NCBI GenBank assembly: GCA_965213705.1
Contig: OZ243913.1
Location: 3,232,001-3,296,000, forward strand
Reading direction: 5' to 3'
DNA: 64,000 nt
From: Trueperaceae bacterium
GTDB taxonomy: Bacteria > Deinococcota > Deinococci > Deinococcales > Trueperaceae
The position numbers were made by a program, and so were the translations under genes. The notes under the pieces are model-generated. The model saw nothing but the letters and a program-made list of their open reading frames with translations. It was not told the DNA's origin and did not search any database. Shown in pieces: positions 43,171-53,840 of the stretch; the first letter of the stretch is position 1, and each line of letters starts with the position of its first letter.

Positions 43171-44775
43171 GTGTCTGACGCCACAGCCCATAAAGATACC
43201 TTTGTGCGTGACAACTTACCGCCGCCGGAACAATGGCCGGACTTTGTCAACCTGGACAAGCTCGGCTATCCCGACAGGCTCAACGTCGCGGCAGAACTGG
43301 TAGACGAGGCTGTGAAAAAAGGTTGGGGCGAGTGTCCCTGCATCCGCAGCGACGAGGTGACCTGGACGTATCGAGACCTGCAAGAACGAGTTGACCGCAT
43401 CGCCAACGTCCTCGTCAGTGAACTCGGCCTGGTGCCGGGCGAGCGGGTGCTGCTGCGCGCGGCGAACAACCCGATGATGGTGGCCTGCTACTTCGCGGTT
43501 CTCAAGGCGGGCGGCGTGGTGGTGGCGACGATGCCGCTGCTGCGCGCCAAGGAACTGAGCTACATGGTGAAAAAGGCGAAAGTTCGCCTAGCACTCTGCG
43601 ATGAACGGCTCGAGGACGAGATGACACGCACTCGTGAGCAGTGCGCGGAACTCGAGCACACCCTCTACTTCTACGGCTCGGGGGAACTCGAGACGCTCAT
43701 GGCTGAACAGCCTTCCACTTTCGACGCCGTGGACACCGCTGCGGACGACCCCTGCCTCATCGCTTTCACCTCCGGCACGACCGGCAACCCTAAAGCGACC
43801 GTCCACTTTCACCGCGACATCTTGGCCGTGTGCGACTGCTTTCCAAAGCACATCCTCGAGCCCGAGGCTGACGACGTATTCATCGGCTCGCCGCCGCTCG
43901 CTTTCACGTTCGGGACGGGCGGGCTGGTGTGGTTTCCGCTGCGGGTGGGGGCAAGTGTTTACTTGCTCGAGGCTCCTTCACCCTCCAACCTCGCCGCCAC
44001 TATCGAACGGGTCAAGCCGACAGTTTGCTTCACCTCGCCGACCGCTTACCGGATGATGCTGGAAGAGGGGTGCGACCTCAGCAGCCTCAAAAAATGCGTC
44101 TCAGCCGGTGAAACTCTGCCCAAAGCGACCTTCGACGCCTGGCATGAGGCGACCGGAATAAAACTCATCGACGGCATCGGCGCGACCGAGATGTTGCACA
44201 TATTCATCTCGGCCGCGGGCGACGACATCCGCCCCGGTGCGACCGGCAAGCCGGTGCCGAGCTATGAGGCCAAGGTCGTTGATGAAAAGGGCGAGCGCGT
44301 CGTGGGTGAAATAGGCCGCCTCGCGGTGCGCGGCCCCACCGGCTGCCGCTACCTGGCCGACCCGCGACAGCAGGAGTACGTGCTGGACAGCTGGAACCTC
44401 ACCGGGGACGCTTACCTGGAAGACGCGGAAGGTTACTTCTGGTTTCAGTCTCGAGCCGACGACATGATTATCTCCTCGGGCTACAACATCGCCGGGCCGG
44501 AGGTCGAGGACGCGCTGCTCGGTCACCCAGGGGTGCTTGAGTGCGCTGTGGTCGGCGTGCCGGACGAGACGCGCGGCCACATCGTCAAGGCGTTCGTCGT
44601 GCTGAGCGACGGGCACACGCCCGGTGACGAGTTGGTAAAAGAGCTTCAGGACTACGTAAAGGCGACCATTGCACCGTATAAATATCCTCGAGCCGTCGAG
44701 TTTATAGCCGCAATGCCCCGCACCGGAACGGGGAAGGTACAGCGTTTTGTCTTGCGAGAGAAGGCGACACCATGA
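43171..44775 (+). CDS. abmG: 2-aminobenzoate (anthranilate)-CoA ligase, AbmG-like
   Basis: TAH.DTF.RDNLPP.EQWP start, FTSGTTG.PK, DGIGATEMLHIF, APYKYPR. Confidence 0.85.
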   Translation: MSDATAHKDTFVRDNLPPPEQWPDFVNLDKLGYPDRLNVAAELVDEAVKKGWGECPCIRSDEVTWTYRDLQERVDRIANVLVSELGLVPGERVLLRAANNPMMVACYFAVLKAGGVVVATMPLLRAKELSYMVKKAKVRLALCDERLEDEMTRTREQCAELEHTLYFYGSGELETLMAEQPSTFDAVDTAADDPCLIAFTSGTTGNPKATVHFHRDILAVCDCFPKHILEPEADDVFIGSPPLAFTFGTGGLVWFPLRVGASVYLLEAPSPSNLAATIERVKPTVCFTSPTAYRMMLEEGCDLSSLKKCVSAGETLPKATFDAWHEATGIKLIDGIGATEMLHIFISAAGDDIRPGATGKPVPSYEAKVVDEKGERVVGEIGRLAVRGPTGCRYLADPRQQEYVLDSWNLTGDAYLEDAEGYFWFQSRADDMIISSGYNIAGPEVEDALLGHPGVLECAVVGVPDETRGHIVKAFVVLSDGHTPGDELVKELQDYVKATIAPYKYPRAVEFIAAMPRTGTGKVQRFVLREKATP

Positions 44776-47165
44776 AAATCACCATCATCGGCGGCGGGCC
44801 GGGCGGGCTCTACTTCGCGCTGCTCGTCAAAAAAGAGTGGCCGAGTTACGACGTGACCGTGTATGAGCGCAACGGCCCCGACGACACCTTCGGCTTCGGC
44901 GTGGTTTTTTCGGACGAAACGCTGGGCGTGTTCAGGGACTACGACGTGCCTTCTTACGAGGCGATTCGCCGCAACTTCGCCTACTGGGACGATGTGGACG
45001 TGTATTACAAAGGCCACACCCTGCGCTGCGCGGGCAACGGCTTTGCGGGCTGTTCGAGGATGTCGCTCCTCCTCCTATTGCAAAACCGCTGCCGCGACCT
45101 CGGCGTGAGGATGGTCTTCAACCACGCGGTAGACCCCAAAGACCTGTCCCGCTTCGCCGACAGCGACCTCATCGTCGCCGCCGACGGCATCAACAGCCGG
45201 ATTCGGGACGCGCTCGAGGGTCATTTCGGCACCGAGGTAGACCTGGGTCAGGACATGTTTTGCTGGTTGGGTTCGACGCGGGAGCTCGACGCCTTCAAGT
45301 ATTTTTTCCGCGAAACCCCCGCGGGCGTGGTCCTGGCGCACGCTTACCAGTACGAGCCGAACCGGAGCACCTGGGTCATCGAGATGTCGCCCGAGACACA
45401 CCGCAAACTCGGGTTCGACACCATGAGCGAAACCGAGTACGCCGCCGAGATTGAACAGATTTTCGCCGAGGAACTGGCCGGCCACCCGCTGCTGACCAAC
45501 CGCTCGCTGTGGCGGCAGTTCCCGACGGTGAAAAACGCGCGATGGACTCATAAAAACCTCGTGCTGCTCGGCGACGCCAAGGCGACGGCGCACTATTCGA
45601 TAGGCTCGGGGACGAAGCTGGCGATGGAGGACGCGGTGGCGCTGCTTAACGCCCTCCGCAACACCCCTACAGTGACCGACGCGCTAACCGCTTTCGACCA
45701 AGACCGCCGCGAGGAGGTCGAGAAGACCCAGCACGCCGCCAACGTCTCGCTGCAGTGGTTCGAGAACATGGAGCGCTACTTCGAAATGTCGCCCGAGCAG
45801 TTCGCTTTTGGAGTAATGTCGCGCTCGAAGCAGATTACCTATGAGAACTTGCTGCTGCGGGACAAGGGGTTTGTCGAGCGGGTCCAGAAGGACTTTTTGG
45901 ACGAAGTGCGGGACAAAGGCTTCAACGTCCCAGACGCCACCCCACCGATGTTCACGCCTTTTCAACTGCGCGACATGACCCTTACGAACCGCGTCGTCGT
46001 CTCGCCGATGGCGCAGTATTCCGCCGAGGACGGTTTGCCGAATGACTGGCACTTCCAGCACCTCACCAGCCGCGCGGTCGGCGGCGCGAGCCTCGTCTTC
46101 GTCGAGATGACCTGCCCCTCGCCCGAAGCGCGCATCACGCCGGGCTGCACCGGGTTGTGGAACGAGGCGCAACGGGACGCCTTCAAGCGAATTGTGGACT
46201 TCGTCCATGAGCACGCCGCCTCGAAACTCTGTATGCAGCTCGGCCACGCGGGCCGCAAAGGCTCGACGCAAGTGGGCTGGGAACGGATGGACCACCCGTT
46301 GCCCGAGGCGAACTGGCCCATTTATTCGGCCTCGTCGGTGCCTTATCAGGAGGGCGTCAACCAGGAACCCAGAGAACTGAGCCGCACCGACATGGACAAG
46401 GTCGTGGCGGACTTCGTGCGCAGCGCGCGCTACGCCGATGAGGCCGGTTTCGACATGTTGGAGATTCACATGGCCCACGGCTACCTGCTCGCCAGCTTCA
46501 TCTCGCCCTTGACCAACCAGCGCCAGGACGAGTACGGCGGCCCCATCGAAGCCCGGATGAGGTTTCCGCTCGAGGTCTTCAACGCCTGCCGTGAGGTTTG
46601 GCCCGAACACAAGCCGATGTCGGTGCGATTGTCGGCGAGTGACTGGTCCCCCGGCGGACTGTCCGGCGACGACCTCGTGGCCGCCGCCCGGCTGCTCAAA
46701 GACGCCGGAGTCGACCTCGTCGACGTTTCGACCGGGCAAACGGTCGCGGGCCAAAAACCCGTCTACGGACGCATGTACCAAACGCCCTTCGCCGACCTGG
46801 TGCGGCACGAGGTCGGGATTGCCACGATGTCGGTCGGCAGCATCACCACGCCGGACCAGGTGAACACGATTTTGTTGCAAGGCCGCAGCGACCTCGTCGC
46901 GCTGGCGCGGCCGCACTTAGCCAACCCCTATTTCACGCTGCACGCCGCCGCGCACTACGGCTACAAACCTCAGCCCTGGCCGAAGCCGTACCTCACCGGC
47001 AAAGCCCAAGCGTTCCGAATCGCCGAACGCGAGAACGAGGCGACCAGGGAGTTGCGGCTCAAAACGAGACCGCCGAGCCACGCGGTCGAGGTTGACGAAG
47101 TAGGAGCGGCTGGCGAGGCAACCTTGCAACAGGCCGACGCCCTGCTGGTGGAACAAGGAGACTGA
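44772..47165 (+). CDS. abmA: Anthraniloyl-CoA monooxygenase/reductase (bifunctional FAD monooxygenase + Old Yellow Enzyme)
   Basis: GGGPGGLY, DDTFGFGVVFSD, GDA..TAHYSIGSGTKLA, followed by NRVVVSPMAQYSA, HAGRKGS, HMAHGYLL. Confidence 0.9.
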   Translation: MKITIIGGGPGGLYFALLVKKEWPSYDVTVYERNGPDDTFGFGVVFSDETLGVFRDYDVPSYEAIRRNFAYWDDVDVYYKGHTLRCAGNGFAGCSRMSLLLLLQNRCRDLGVRMVFNHAVDPKDLSRFADSDLIVAADGINSRIRDALEGHFGTEVDLGQDMFCWLGSTRELDAFKYFFRETPAGVVLAHAYQYEPNRSTWVIEMSPETHRKLGFDTMSETEYAAEIEQIFAEELAGHPLLTNRSLWRQFPTVKNARWTHKNLVLLGDAKATAHYSIGSGTKLAMEDAVALLNALRNTPTVTDALTAFDQDRREEVEKTQHAANVSLQWFENMERYFEMSPEQFAFGVMSRSKQITYENLLLRDKGFVERVQKDFLDEVRDKGFNVPDATPPMFTPFQLRDMTLTNRVVVSPMAQYSAEDGLPNDWHFQHLTSRAVGGASLVFVEMTCPSPEARITPGCTGLWNEAQRDAFKRIVDFVHEHAASKLCMQLGHAGRKGSTQVGWERMDHPLPEANWPIYSASSVPYQEGVNQEPRELSRTDMDKVVADFVRSARYADEAGFDMLEIHMAHGYLLASFISPLTNQRQDEYGGPIEARMRFPLEVFNACREVWPEHKPMSVRLSASDWSPGGLSGDDLVAAARLLKDAGVDLVDVSTGQTVAGQKPVYGRMYQTPFADLVRHEVGIATMSVGSITTPDQVNTILLQGRSDLVALARPHLANPYFTLHAAAHYGYKPQPWPKPYLTGKAQAFRIAERENEATRELRLKTRPPSHAVEVDEVGAAGEATLQQADALLVEQGD

Positions 47166-47170
47166 CGACC

Positions 47171-47644
47171 GTGGCCCCCGAAGTCCTCAGCAAACCCGAC
47201 AAAACGGCCCTGCGGCTGTGGCTGCGCCTCCTCGGCAGCGCCAACCTCATCGAAAACCATCTCAAGCGTCGCCTCCGTGAACACTTCGACGTGACCCTGG
47301 CCCAGTTCGACCTGATGAGTGAAATCGCTCGAGACGACGCGCCCAAAACGATGACCGAAATCTCGCAACTGTTGATGGTCTCGAACGGCAACGTCACCGG
47401 CTTGGTAGACCGCTTGAGCCGGGACGGCCTCGTGCAGCGCGAGCCGTCGCCGGGCGACCGCCGCGTCTACCTCATCATCTTAACCGCCGAAGGAAAAAAC
47501 CTGTTTGCAGAGATGGCGGTCCAACACGAACGCTGGCTGAGTGAATTGTTCAGCGGCTTCGACGAAGCGTTCGTGAGCGCCCTCGCCGAAGACATCAAAA
47601 AACTTCGGGGAGGTTTGAAGGCGGGGCTCGAGGCGCAGGCATAA
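47171..47644 (+). CDS. MarR family regulator of the abm cluster
   Basis: LRLWLRLL, LMVSNGNVTGLVDRL, DRR...LT..G. Confidence 0.92.
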   Translation: MAPEVLSKPDKTALRLWLRLLGSANLIENHLKRRLREHFDVTLAQFDLMSEIARDDAPKTMTEISQLLMVSNGNVTGLVDRLSRDGLVQREPSPGDRRVYLIILTAEGKNLFAEMAVQHERWLSELFSGFDEAFVSALAEDIKKLRGGLKAGLEAQA

Positions 47645-47672
47645 GTAGCGGCTGCGCTATGATAGACACGAC

Positions 47673-47903
47673 ATGGAACACGTAAACATCACCCTACCCC
47701 TCGAGCTTAAAACCCGCGCCGAGACCCTGGCGCGTGAAAAAGGCGTTTCGTTAGAAGAGTTCGTTTGCGGACTCCTCGAGGAGCGTGTTTTGTTAGAACC
47801 TACCGAACGTGACCCATTTTTTGCTAAGCACAAAACGTTTGACGGAGACGTCCCTTCCGATCTCGCAGAGAACCATGACAAATATCTGTACGACGATGAA
47901 TGA
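47673..47903 (+). CDS. Antitoxin-like RHH protein without an intact toxin
   Basis: VNITLP.ELK.RA...A...GVSL; C-terminal SDLAENHDKYLY resembles the antitoxin at 20135-20410. Confidence 0.7.
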   Translation: MEHVNITLPLELKTRAETLAREKGVSLEEFVCGLLEERVLLEPTERDPFFAKHKTFDGDVPSDLAENHDKYLYDDE

Positions 47904-47909
47904 TGTTCG

Positions 47910-48386
47910 TTACCGCTGGTACTGCCACGTCCCTCCGACCCGCTTATCCAGGGTGACCTCGTGGTCCGTCTGCCCGGTAACCCGGTAGCCCATGCGCCGG
48001 TAGTAGTTTGTCAGGTCGTCGCGCACCGCGTCCAAAGTCAGGCTGAGGGTGGGGATGTTGGTGCGAATCGCCAACGCTTCGACCTTGGTCATGAGCCAGC
48101 GCCCGTAGCCTTGCGACCGTGCCTCGAGCAAAGTAGCAACGCGGTCTAAGTGCCAACCCACCCCGTCTTCACGCCAGCGCAGGGCGCAAATCACTTCGCC
48201 AGCACGGTTTTCCAGCAACAGCGCGCCGCCGTGCTCGAGCCATTCGCGCATCCTCGCGGGCGTCTCGGCACTTTGCTCGCGCGCTCGAGCGTAAAGCGTC
48301 ACCAACGCGCCCACGTCCTGCAGGCTCGCCTGCCGCAGCCGGGCCGCCTCGTAGGGCTCGGTTTCGGGCGTTACTGTTTTTAACAC
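47910..48386 (-). CDS. GNAT acetyltransferase
   Basis: RSQGYGRWLM motif A, YYRRMGY. Confidence 0.82.
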   Translation of the reverse strand: MLKTVTPETEPYEAARLRQASLQDVGALVTLYARAREQSAETPARMREWLEHGGALLLENRAGEVICALRWREDGVGWHLDRVATLLEARSQGYGRWLMTKVEALAIRTNIPTLSLTLDAVRDDLTNYYRRMGYRVTGQTDHEVTLDKRVGGTWQYQR

Positions 48387-48764
48387 CGCTCGAGCTTTTC
48401 AAGCACTATGAATTGGGTAATACCGCACAACCCGCCTCTCGCTGTGTATCGTCCGTGAGTCATTCGCTTCACCTTTCGAGTCGAGTTGCCGACAAACCCA
48501 CCCTCGCCCGCACAGGCTCATCAACTCCTGCTCTCGACTTTGTCCATTGGATACGTTGCGAAAGCCTTCCGCGAATTTTTATGCAGAAAAGGCTATAACG
48601 ATGCAGACTGTAGCATGTGAGGTCGGCGCGGTCAAGGCGCGTCGGCACGACCGGGTGGCCGAGGTAACAGGTTGCAACGTCCGCCAAAAACGATGCGACT
48701 AAGAGAAATAACTTGGCGAAGTGTATGTGCAGTATGTGCTATCTTGGACCTCAGAGGTGACCCG

Positions 48765-48989
48765 GTGCCGCAACTCCATCTTTATGTACCCGACGAAGTC
48801 GCGAAGCGTTTGCGTGAGCAGGCCAAGACCAAAAAAATGAGCTTGTCCAAGTACTTGGCCGAGATAGTCCAACGCGAAACGCCGACGGGGTGGCCGGAAG
48901 GCTACTTTGAGGAGGTCGTCGGCGGTTGGGTCGGTGAACCCTTAGAGCGACCTGAGCCCCTCGAGCTTGAAGAGCGCGACCCGCTCTAA
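48765..48989 (+). CDS. VapB-like antitoxin
   Basis: MPQLHLYVPDEVA.RLR...MSLSKYL RHH; abuts the VapC gene. Confidence 0.8.
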   Translation: MPQLHLYVPDEVAKRLREQAKTKKMSLSKYLAEIVQRETPTGWPEGYFEEVVGGWVGEPLERPEPLELEERDPL

Positions 48990-49394
48990 GTGTACCTCCT
49001 CGACGCCAACGCCTGCATCCACCTCATCAACGGCAGCTCGCCTGCTCTGAGCGCACGCTTTCAACGCCACGCGCCAAGTGAGGTCGGTATGTCGTCGGTA
49101 GTTACGGCGGAACTTCTGTACGGAGCGCGGTTTTTGTCACGTACGGCGGAGAACTTGCGGCTCATCGCTCGCTTTGTCGCACCCTTGCCGAGTTTTTACT
49201 TCGACGATGCCTGCGCCGAACACTACGCACGCATTCGCGTCGAGCTGAGGCGGCGCGGTAACACTATCGGGGCCAACGACCTGTTCATCGCGGCAACGGC
49301 GCTCGCCAACGGCCTGACCCTGGTCACGCACAACACCCGCGAATTCGAGCGGGTGCCGGGGCTCGGGCTCGAGGACTGGGAAACGAGTGCTTGA
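48990..49394 (+). CDS. vapC: VapC PIN toxin
   Basis: YLLDAN, AELLYG, IGANDLFIAATA, LVTHN.REF.RV.GL. Confidence 0.92.
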   Translation: MYLLDANACIHLINGSSPALSARFQRHAPSEVGMSSVVTAELLYGARFLSRTAENLRLIARFVAPLPSFYFDDACAEHYARIRVELRRRGNTIGANDLFIAATALANGLTLVTHNTREFERVPGLGLEDWETSA

Positions 49395-49555
49395 GCTTTA
49401 GGGCCACACCACTCGCTTTTTGAACAACGTCCACCTGAGAAGGCAAAGTTCGCAAACTCAAAACTTCGTGTTCTGCTTGTGCATGAGTCGAACCCCTGAT
49501 AGAAGCCGCTTTTGGTATAGATGTGGTATACAATCGGCTCGAGGAAGGCGGGGGA

Positions 49556-50659
49556 ATGGCGCGTTTACAAGGCCGCTTGGTGACGCCGTCGGGCCTGCGC
49601 TCGAGTGAAATCACTTTTGGGACCACAGTGGAAGAGGTCACCCCGAAGCGGGGCGGTGGGTCTTACTTGCTGCCCGGCTTTATCGACACGCACCTCCACG
49701 GTGGGGGCGGCAGCGACACGATGGACGGCCCCCAGGGTGTGCGCGCGTTGGCCCGCTTTCACTTGGAGCACGGCACTACTACGCTCTACCCAGCGACGAT
49801 TACGAATCCTTGGGAAAAGGTTTTGGCTGCGCTGAATGGGGTGCGGGAGGTGCGCGAGACGAACGACCCCAGTCTACCGGACGTTCCAGGGGCGCACCTG
49901 GAAGGCCCCTTCATCAGCGAGAAACGGCTTGGGGCGCAGCCGAGCTTTGTCCTCGAGCCCACGCAGGAACGTGTCGAAGAGGTGCTCGAGCTTGATGTCG
50001 TCTCGCTCGTCACCCTCGCGCCCGAACTGCCGGGGGTCTTGGAAGCGGCACAAACCTTCGCCGCCGCGGGCGTGCGCGTAAGCGTCGGGCACACGATGGC
50101 GGACTACGAAACGACTCGAGCCTTCACAAAAGCCGTGCGCGACGTGGGCGGTACGGCGGGTTTTACCCACCTTTACAACGCCATGAGCCCGCTGGAAAGC
50201 CGCGCACCCGGTGCCGTCGGCGCGGCGCTGGCCGACCCGACAAGCTACTCCGAAATTATCTTCGACACCCACCACGTTTACGAAGGCAGCTTTTTGACGG
50301 CGTTCGCCGCCAAGCCTACGGGCTTACACCTCGTTACCGACAGCATCCGCGCGTGTGGGCTCGAGGCGGGCGAGACGGAACTCGGCGGGCAGACGGTCAC
50401 GGTGTCCGGCGGGGTGGGCCGCTTGCCCGACGGAACTCTGGCCGGGAGCGTGTTGACGCTCGACCAGGCGCTGCGCAACGCCGTCGGCGCAGGTCTCTCC
50501 TTGGTGCAGGCAAGCCGCTTGCTGTCGCAGACACCCGCAAGCTACATGGGGCTCAATGACAGAGGTGTTTTAGAACTCGGCAAACGCGCCGACATCGTGG
50601 TGATGGACGAGGCTTTGAACATTCTCGAGGTCTATGTCGCTGGGCGAAAGGTCGTTTGA
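49556..50659 (+). CDS. nagA: N-acetylglucosamine-6-phosphate deacetylase
   Basis: PGFIDTHLHG, HLEGPF, TLAPE, THLYNAM, TDS, LAGS. Confidence 0.93.
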   Translation: MARLQGRLVTPSGLRSSEITFGTTVEEVTPKRGGGSYLLPGFIDTHLHGGGGSDTMDGPQGVRALARFHLEHGTTTLYPATITNPWEKVLAALNGVREVRETNDPSLPDVPGAHLEGPFISEKRLGAQPSFVLEPTQERVEEVLELDVVSLVTLAPELPGVLEAAQTFAAAGVRVSVGHTMADYETTRAFTKAVRDVGGTAGFTHLYNAMSPLESRAPGAVGAALADPTSYSEIIFDTHHVYEGSFLTAFAAKPTGLHLVTDSIRACGLEAGETELGGQTVTVSGGVGRLPDGTLAGSVLTLDQALRNAVGAGLSLVQASRLLSQTPASYMGLNDRGVLELGKRADIVVMDEALNILEVYVAGRKVV

Positions 50660-51584
50660 GGTGGTGGGTCTCGGCATCGACGCGGGCGGCTCGAGCACGA
50701 GATGGTTGTTGCTGGAGGACAACGGGCTCGAGCTGGGCCGCGGCACGCTCGGCCCGCTCACCGGGCATGTCTTTACACCTGGGGAAAAAGAGGAAAACTT
50801 GGGACGGCTGGCCGAGTTGCTTCGCGCGGCCTCAAGCATCACCAAACCGGACGCCGTGGTTGGCGGCATTACCGGGCTGCACGGCGGCACCGAGGCGGCT
50901 GGACTGTTTCAAGCTCGAGCGCAGGAGGTATCGGGTTTGCCGCCTGAGCGGGTCCTGTTCGACAACGACCTGCACATCGCCTACGCCAGCGCCTTTGCGC
51001 CCGGCGCGGGCGTGCTGCTCTATGCGGGCACGGGCAGCGTCGGCTACCACGTGACTGCAAACGGGGAGACCGTGCGCGCTGGCGGCTACGGCTACCTCAT
51101 CGACGACGCGGGCGCAGGCTTTTGGATTGGGCAGCAGGGAATTCGGCAGACGTTTCGCCTGCTCGACGAACTCGGGCAGCCTGCTGACACGGCCCTAGCC
51201 AGGGCCGTTTACGCAGACCTCGGCAGTAACGATTGGGACGACATCATCGAGACCATTTACGGCGGCGGGCGCAGCCGGGTCGCCGCGCTCGCGCCGGCGG
51301 TGGCCGCAGCGGCGCAGGCAGGCGATGACGACGCAAGGGTGATTTTGACGCGGGCCGGTCAGGAACTTGCGCGTCTCGCCAGGGCCGTGTTGGAGCGCGT
51401 CGGGCGACCTTTACCAGTGGCCTTCGCAGGTGGTATCTCGAAACTCAGCCCGGTGTTAACGAAAGCGGTCCAAGCGGCTTTGCCGGAGGGTACGGGCCTC
51501 GAGACCGTCCACACCGAACCCGTGCGCGCGGCGGCGCGGCTGGCGCTCGAGCTGGCGCAGCAAGCGCTAACGAAAGAGGTTTAA
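50634..51584 (+). CDS. N-acetylglucosamine kinase (BadF/BadG/BcrA/BcrD ATPase family)
   Basis: GIDAGGSST, ND, AGTGS, GGYG..IDD.G.G..IG. Between nagA and nagB. Confidence 0.87.
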   Translation: MSLGERSFEVVGLGIDAGGSSTRWLLLEDNGLELGRGTLGPLTGHVFTPGEKEENLGRLAELLRAASSITKPDAVVGGITGLHGGTEAAGLFQARAQEVSGLPPERVLFDNDLHIAYASAFAPGAGVLLYAGTGSVGYHVTANGETVRAGGYGYLIDDAGAGFWIGQQGIRQTFRLLDELGQPADTALARAVYADLGSNDWDDIIETIYGGGRSRVAALAPAVAAAAQAGDDDARVILTRAGQELARLARAVLERVGRPLPVAFAGGISKLSPVLTKAVQAALPEGTGLETVHTEPVRAAARLALELAQQALTKEV

Positions 51585-51586
51585 GC

Positions 51587-52369
51587 GTGGAAATCCTCAT
51601 CCAAGACAGCGCCGAGGCCGCCGCGAAACTCACCGCCGCCGTCGTCGCGAGCCGCCTGCGCGCCAAACCCGACCTGGTGCTGGGCTGCGCCACCGGGCGG
51701 ACGATGGAAAGTGTGTACGACGAGCTTGCGCGTTTGCACGAGGGGGGGCTCGAGTTTTCCGAGTGCCGCACCTTCAACTTGGACGAGTACGTCGGTTTAG
51801 CGCCGAGCGACGAGCGCTCGTACCACGCCTACATGCGCGAACGCCTCTTTAAGCGCGTCGACTTGAAGCCCGAAAATACTTTCTTGCCCGACGGAACCGC
51901 CCCCGACTTAGAAGCCGAGGCGCGGCGCTACGAAGCGCAGATTGCCCTAGCGGGCGGCATCGACCTGCAACTGCTGGGGCTGGGCGAGGCCGGGCACATC
52001 GGTTTCAACGAGCCGCTGTCGTCCCTGATGTCGCGCACGCGCGAAAAAGCCTTGACTATAACGACACGCGAGCAAAACGCCGCCTTTTTCGGCGGCGCTG
52101 ACCGGGTACCGCGGCGCGCGCTGACGATGGGCGTCGGCACGATTTTGGAAGCGCGTGAAATCGTGATGGTCGTGACCGGCGCGAAGAAGGCAAATATTCT
52201 CGCAAAAGCCACCGAAGGCCCGATTACCGCCATGATCAGCGCGACCGCCTTGCAACTGCACCCGAACTGCAAAGTCATCGTTGACGAGGCCGCCGCGAGC
52301 GAGTTGCAGGGCCGAGACTACTACCGCTGGGCGTTCGAGAACGAGCCGGAGTGGCAGGTTTATCGGTAA
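51587..52369 (+). CDS. nagB: Glucosamine-6-phosphate deaminase
   Basis: [31 protein letters not shown]. Confidence 0.95.
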   Translation: MEILIQDSAEAAAKLTAAVVASRLRAKPDLVLGCATGRTMESVYDELARLHEGGLEFSECRTFNLDEYVGLAPSDERSYHAYMRERLFKRVDLKPENTFLPDGTAPDLEAEARRYEAQIALAGGIDLQLLGLGEAGHIGFNEPLSSLMSRTREKALTITTREQNAAFFGGADRVPRRALTMGVGTILEAREIVMVVTGAKKANILAKATEGPITAMISATALQLHPNCKVIVDEAAASELQGRDYYRWAFENEPEWQVYR

Positions 52370-52487
52370 GAAAGCTGAGGGTTTTCAGTCTTTGGTTTTT
52401 AGACTAAAAAAGAATCACGAACAACGAACAACTTTCTTCCTCGAGCCAGCTTCAAAGCCTCACACCCCGAATGGTAGCCTTAGCTCC

Positions 52488-53141
52488 ATGACTCCAGAAA
52501 ACGCGACCCCTCGAGCCGACGTGACCGTGATGGACCACCCGCTCATCCAGCACAAGCTTTCCATCCTCCGCGACGTGGCGACGAACGTCCGCGACTTTCG
52601 CGCGCTCTGCGAAGAGGTCACGATGCTCATGGCTTTCGAGGCGATGCGCGACTTGCCACTCGAAGACGCCGAGGTCGAAACGCCGGTGGCGCTGGCCCGC
52701 GGCAAGCGACTCGCCGGTAAAAAGCTCGCCCTCGTCGCCATTTTGCGGGCCGGACTCATCATGCTCGACGGGATTTTGAACCTGGTGCCGAGCGCGCGGG
52801 TCGGCCACATCGGGCTGTACCGCGACCACGAGACCCTACAACCGGTCGAGTATTTTCGCAAGCTGCCTTCCGACATCGCCGAGCGCGAGGTGTTCGTCCT
52901 CGACCCGATGCTGGCGACCGGCGGCAGCGCGGTCGCCGCCCTCAGCATCTTGAAAGACTTGGGCGTGACGACGCCGCGCCTGCTCTGCATCATCGGCGCG
53001 CCTGAGGGTGTAAAGGCGGTTCATAAGGTTCACCCGGACACACCCATCCTGCTCGCCGCGCTGGACGACCACCTCAACGAAAAGGGCTACATCGTGCCGG
53101 GTCTGGGCGACGCGGGCGACCGGATTTACGGGACGCGGTAG
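52488..53141 (+). CDS. upp: Uracil phosphoribosyltransferase
   Basis: [35 protein letters not shown]. Confidence 0.97.
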   Translation: MTPENATPRADVTVMDHPLIQHKLSILRDVATNVRDFRALCEEVTMLMAFEAMRDLPLEDAEVETPVALARGKRLAGKKLALVAILRAGLIMLDGILNLVPSARVGHIGLYRDHETLQPVEYFRKLPSDIAEREVFVLDPMLATGGSAVAALSILKDLGVTTPRLLCIIGAPEGVKAVHKVHPDTPILLAALDDHLNEKGYIVPGLGDAGDRIYGTR

Positions 53142-53237
53142 CTTGTGGGGCGAGGGGCTCGAGCGGCTGTGCAATTCTCTCGGTAGATGATAAAAACTTA
53201 CCCTCCAGAGGAAAGCTGCAGTGACAGAATTAGCGTG

Positions 53238-53840
53238 ATGCCTGATATATCGCTGCTTTACATAAAGCTCATAGCGTCGTTTTTGGCTGAAAAGTTGACC
53301 TTGGAAGAGTTTGCAGATAGGTATTGTGCATTTTGGAAAAGCAACAATTCTTTCGGCTCCGTCGAGGAAAGCCGTACCCTGGACAGCATATTCACTACCA
53401 TAGACACCCTTAGTGATATGCCTGAGATTAATCCAAACAAAGCTACCGAGGAAGAGTTGCGGGAAGAGTGTGCAGCAGCTATCGAAACATTACAGTCACT
53501 GAACGCAGGATGGTACAAGTCGTATGAAAACAAGGTAGAAACACTACCTGACCACCTTCAAAATGCTTACAACATACTGATATGCGCCTTTCCGAAAGGC
53601 ATAGCGCGGTCTCTCTACCACCCCCTCATTGCCTTGTTGAGCGCTTCCTTCAAAGACTCTGACCTGGTACATTTTGTATCGCATTACACTGGGATGCAGG
53701 AGGAAAATGTACGCGATGACATAGAGTACGTAGAATTTGCCCGAAGCTCAAACGCCCCTTTCCTCCTCAAAATCAAAGACTTGGATAAAAAGATGGATGA
53801 GGTTAAAAAAATCCTCCTCCCTTGTGGTTATCGCCCCTAA
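53238..53840 (+). CDS. AT-rich hypothetical protein with colicin-D-immunity-like N-terminus and DUF3349-like C-terminus
   Basis: Y..LI..FL...LT.EEF..RY...WK...LD.IF...D...TEEELR pattern, then AFPKGI...LY.PLIALL. Visibly lower GC than its neighbours. Alternative start at 53187. Confidence 0.55.
   Translation: MPDISLLYIKLIASFLAEKLTLEEFADRYCAFWKSNNSFGSVEESRTLDSIFTTIDTLSDMPEINPNKATEEELREECAAAIETLQSLNAGWYKSYENKVETLPDHLQNAYNILICAFPKGIARSLYHPLIALLSASFKDSDLVHFVSHYTGMQEENVRDDIEYVEFARSSNAPFLLKIKDLDKKMDEVKKILLPCGYRP

Noticed and set aside
48387..48764. Short ORFs and possible RNA in the gap before the vapB-like gene
   Set aside because: No recognisable protein motif or convincing stems; may be a decayed remnant but this cannot be supported.
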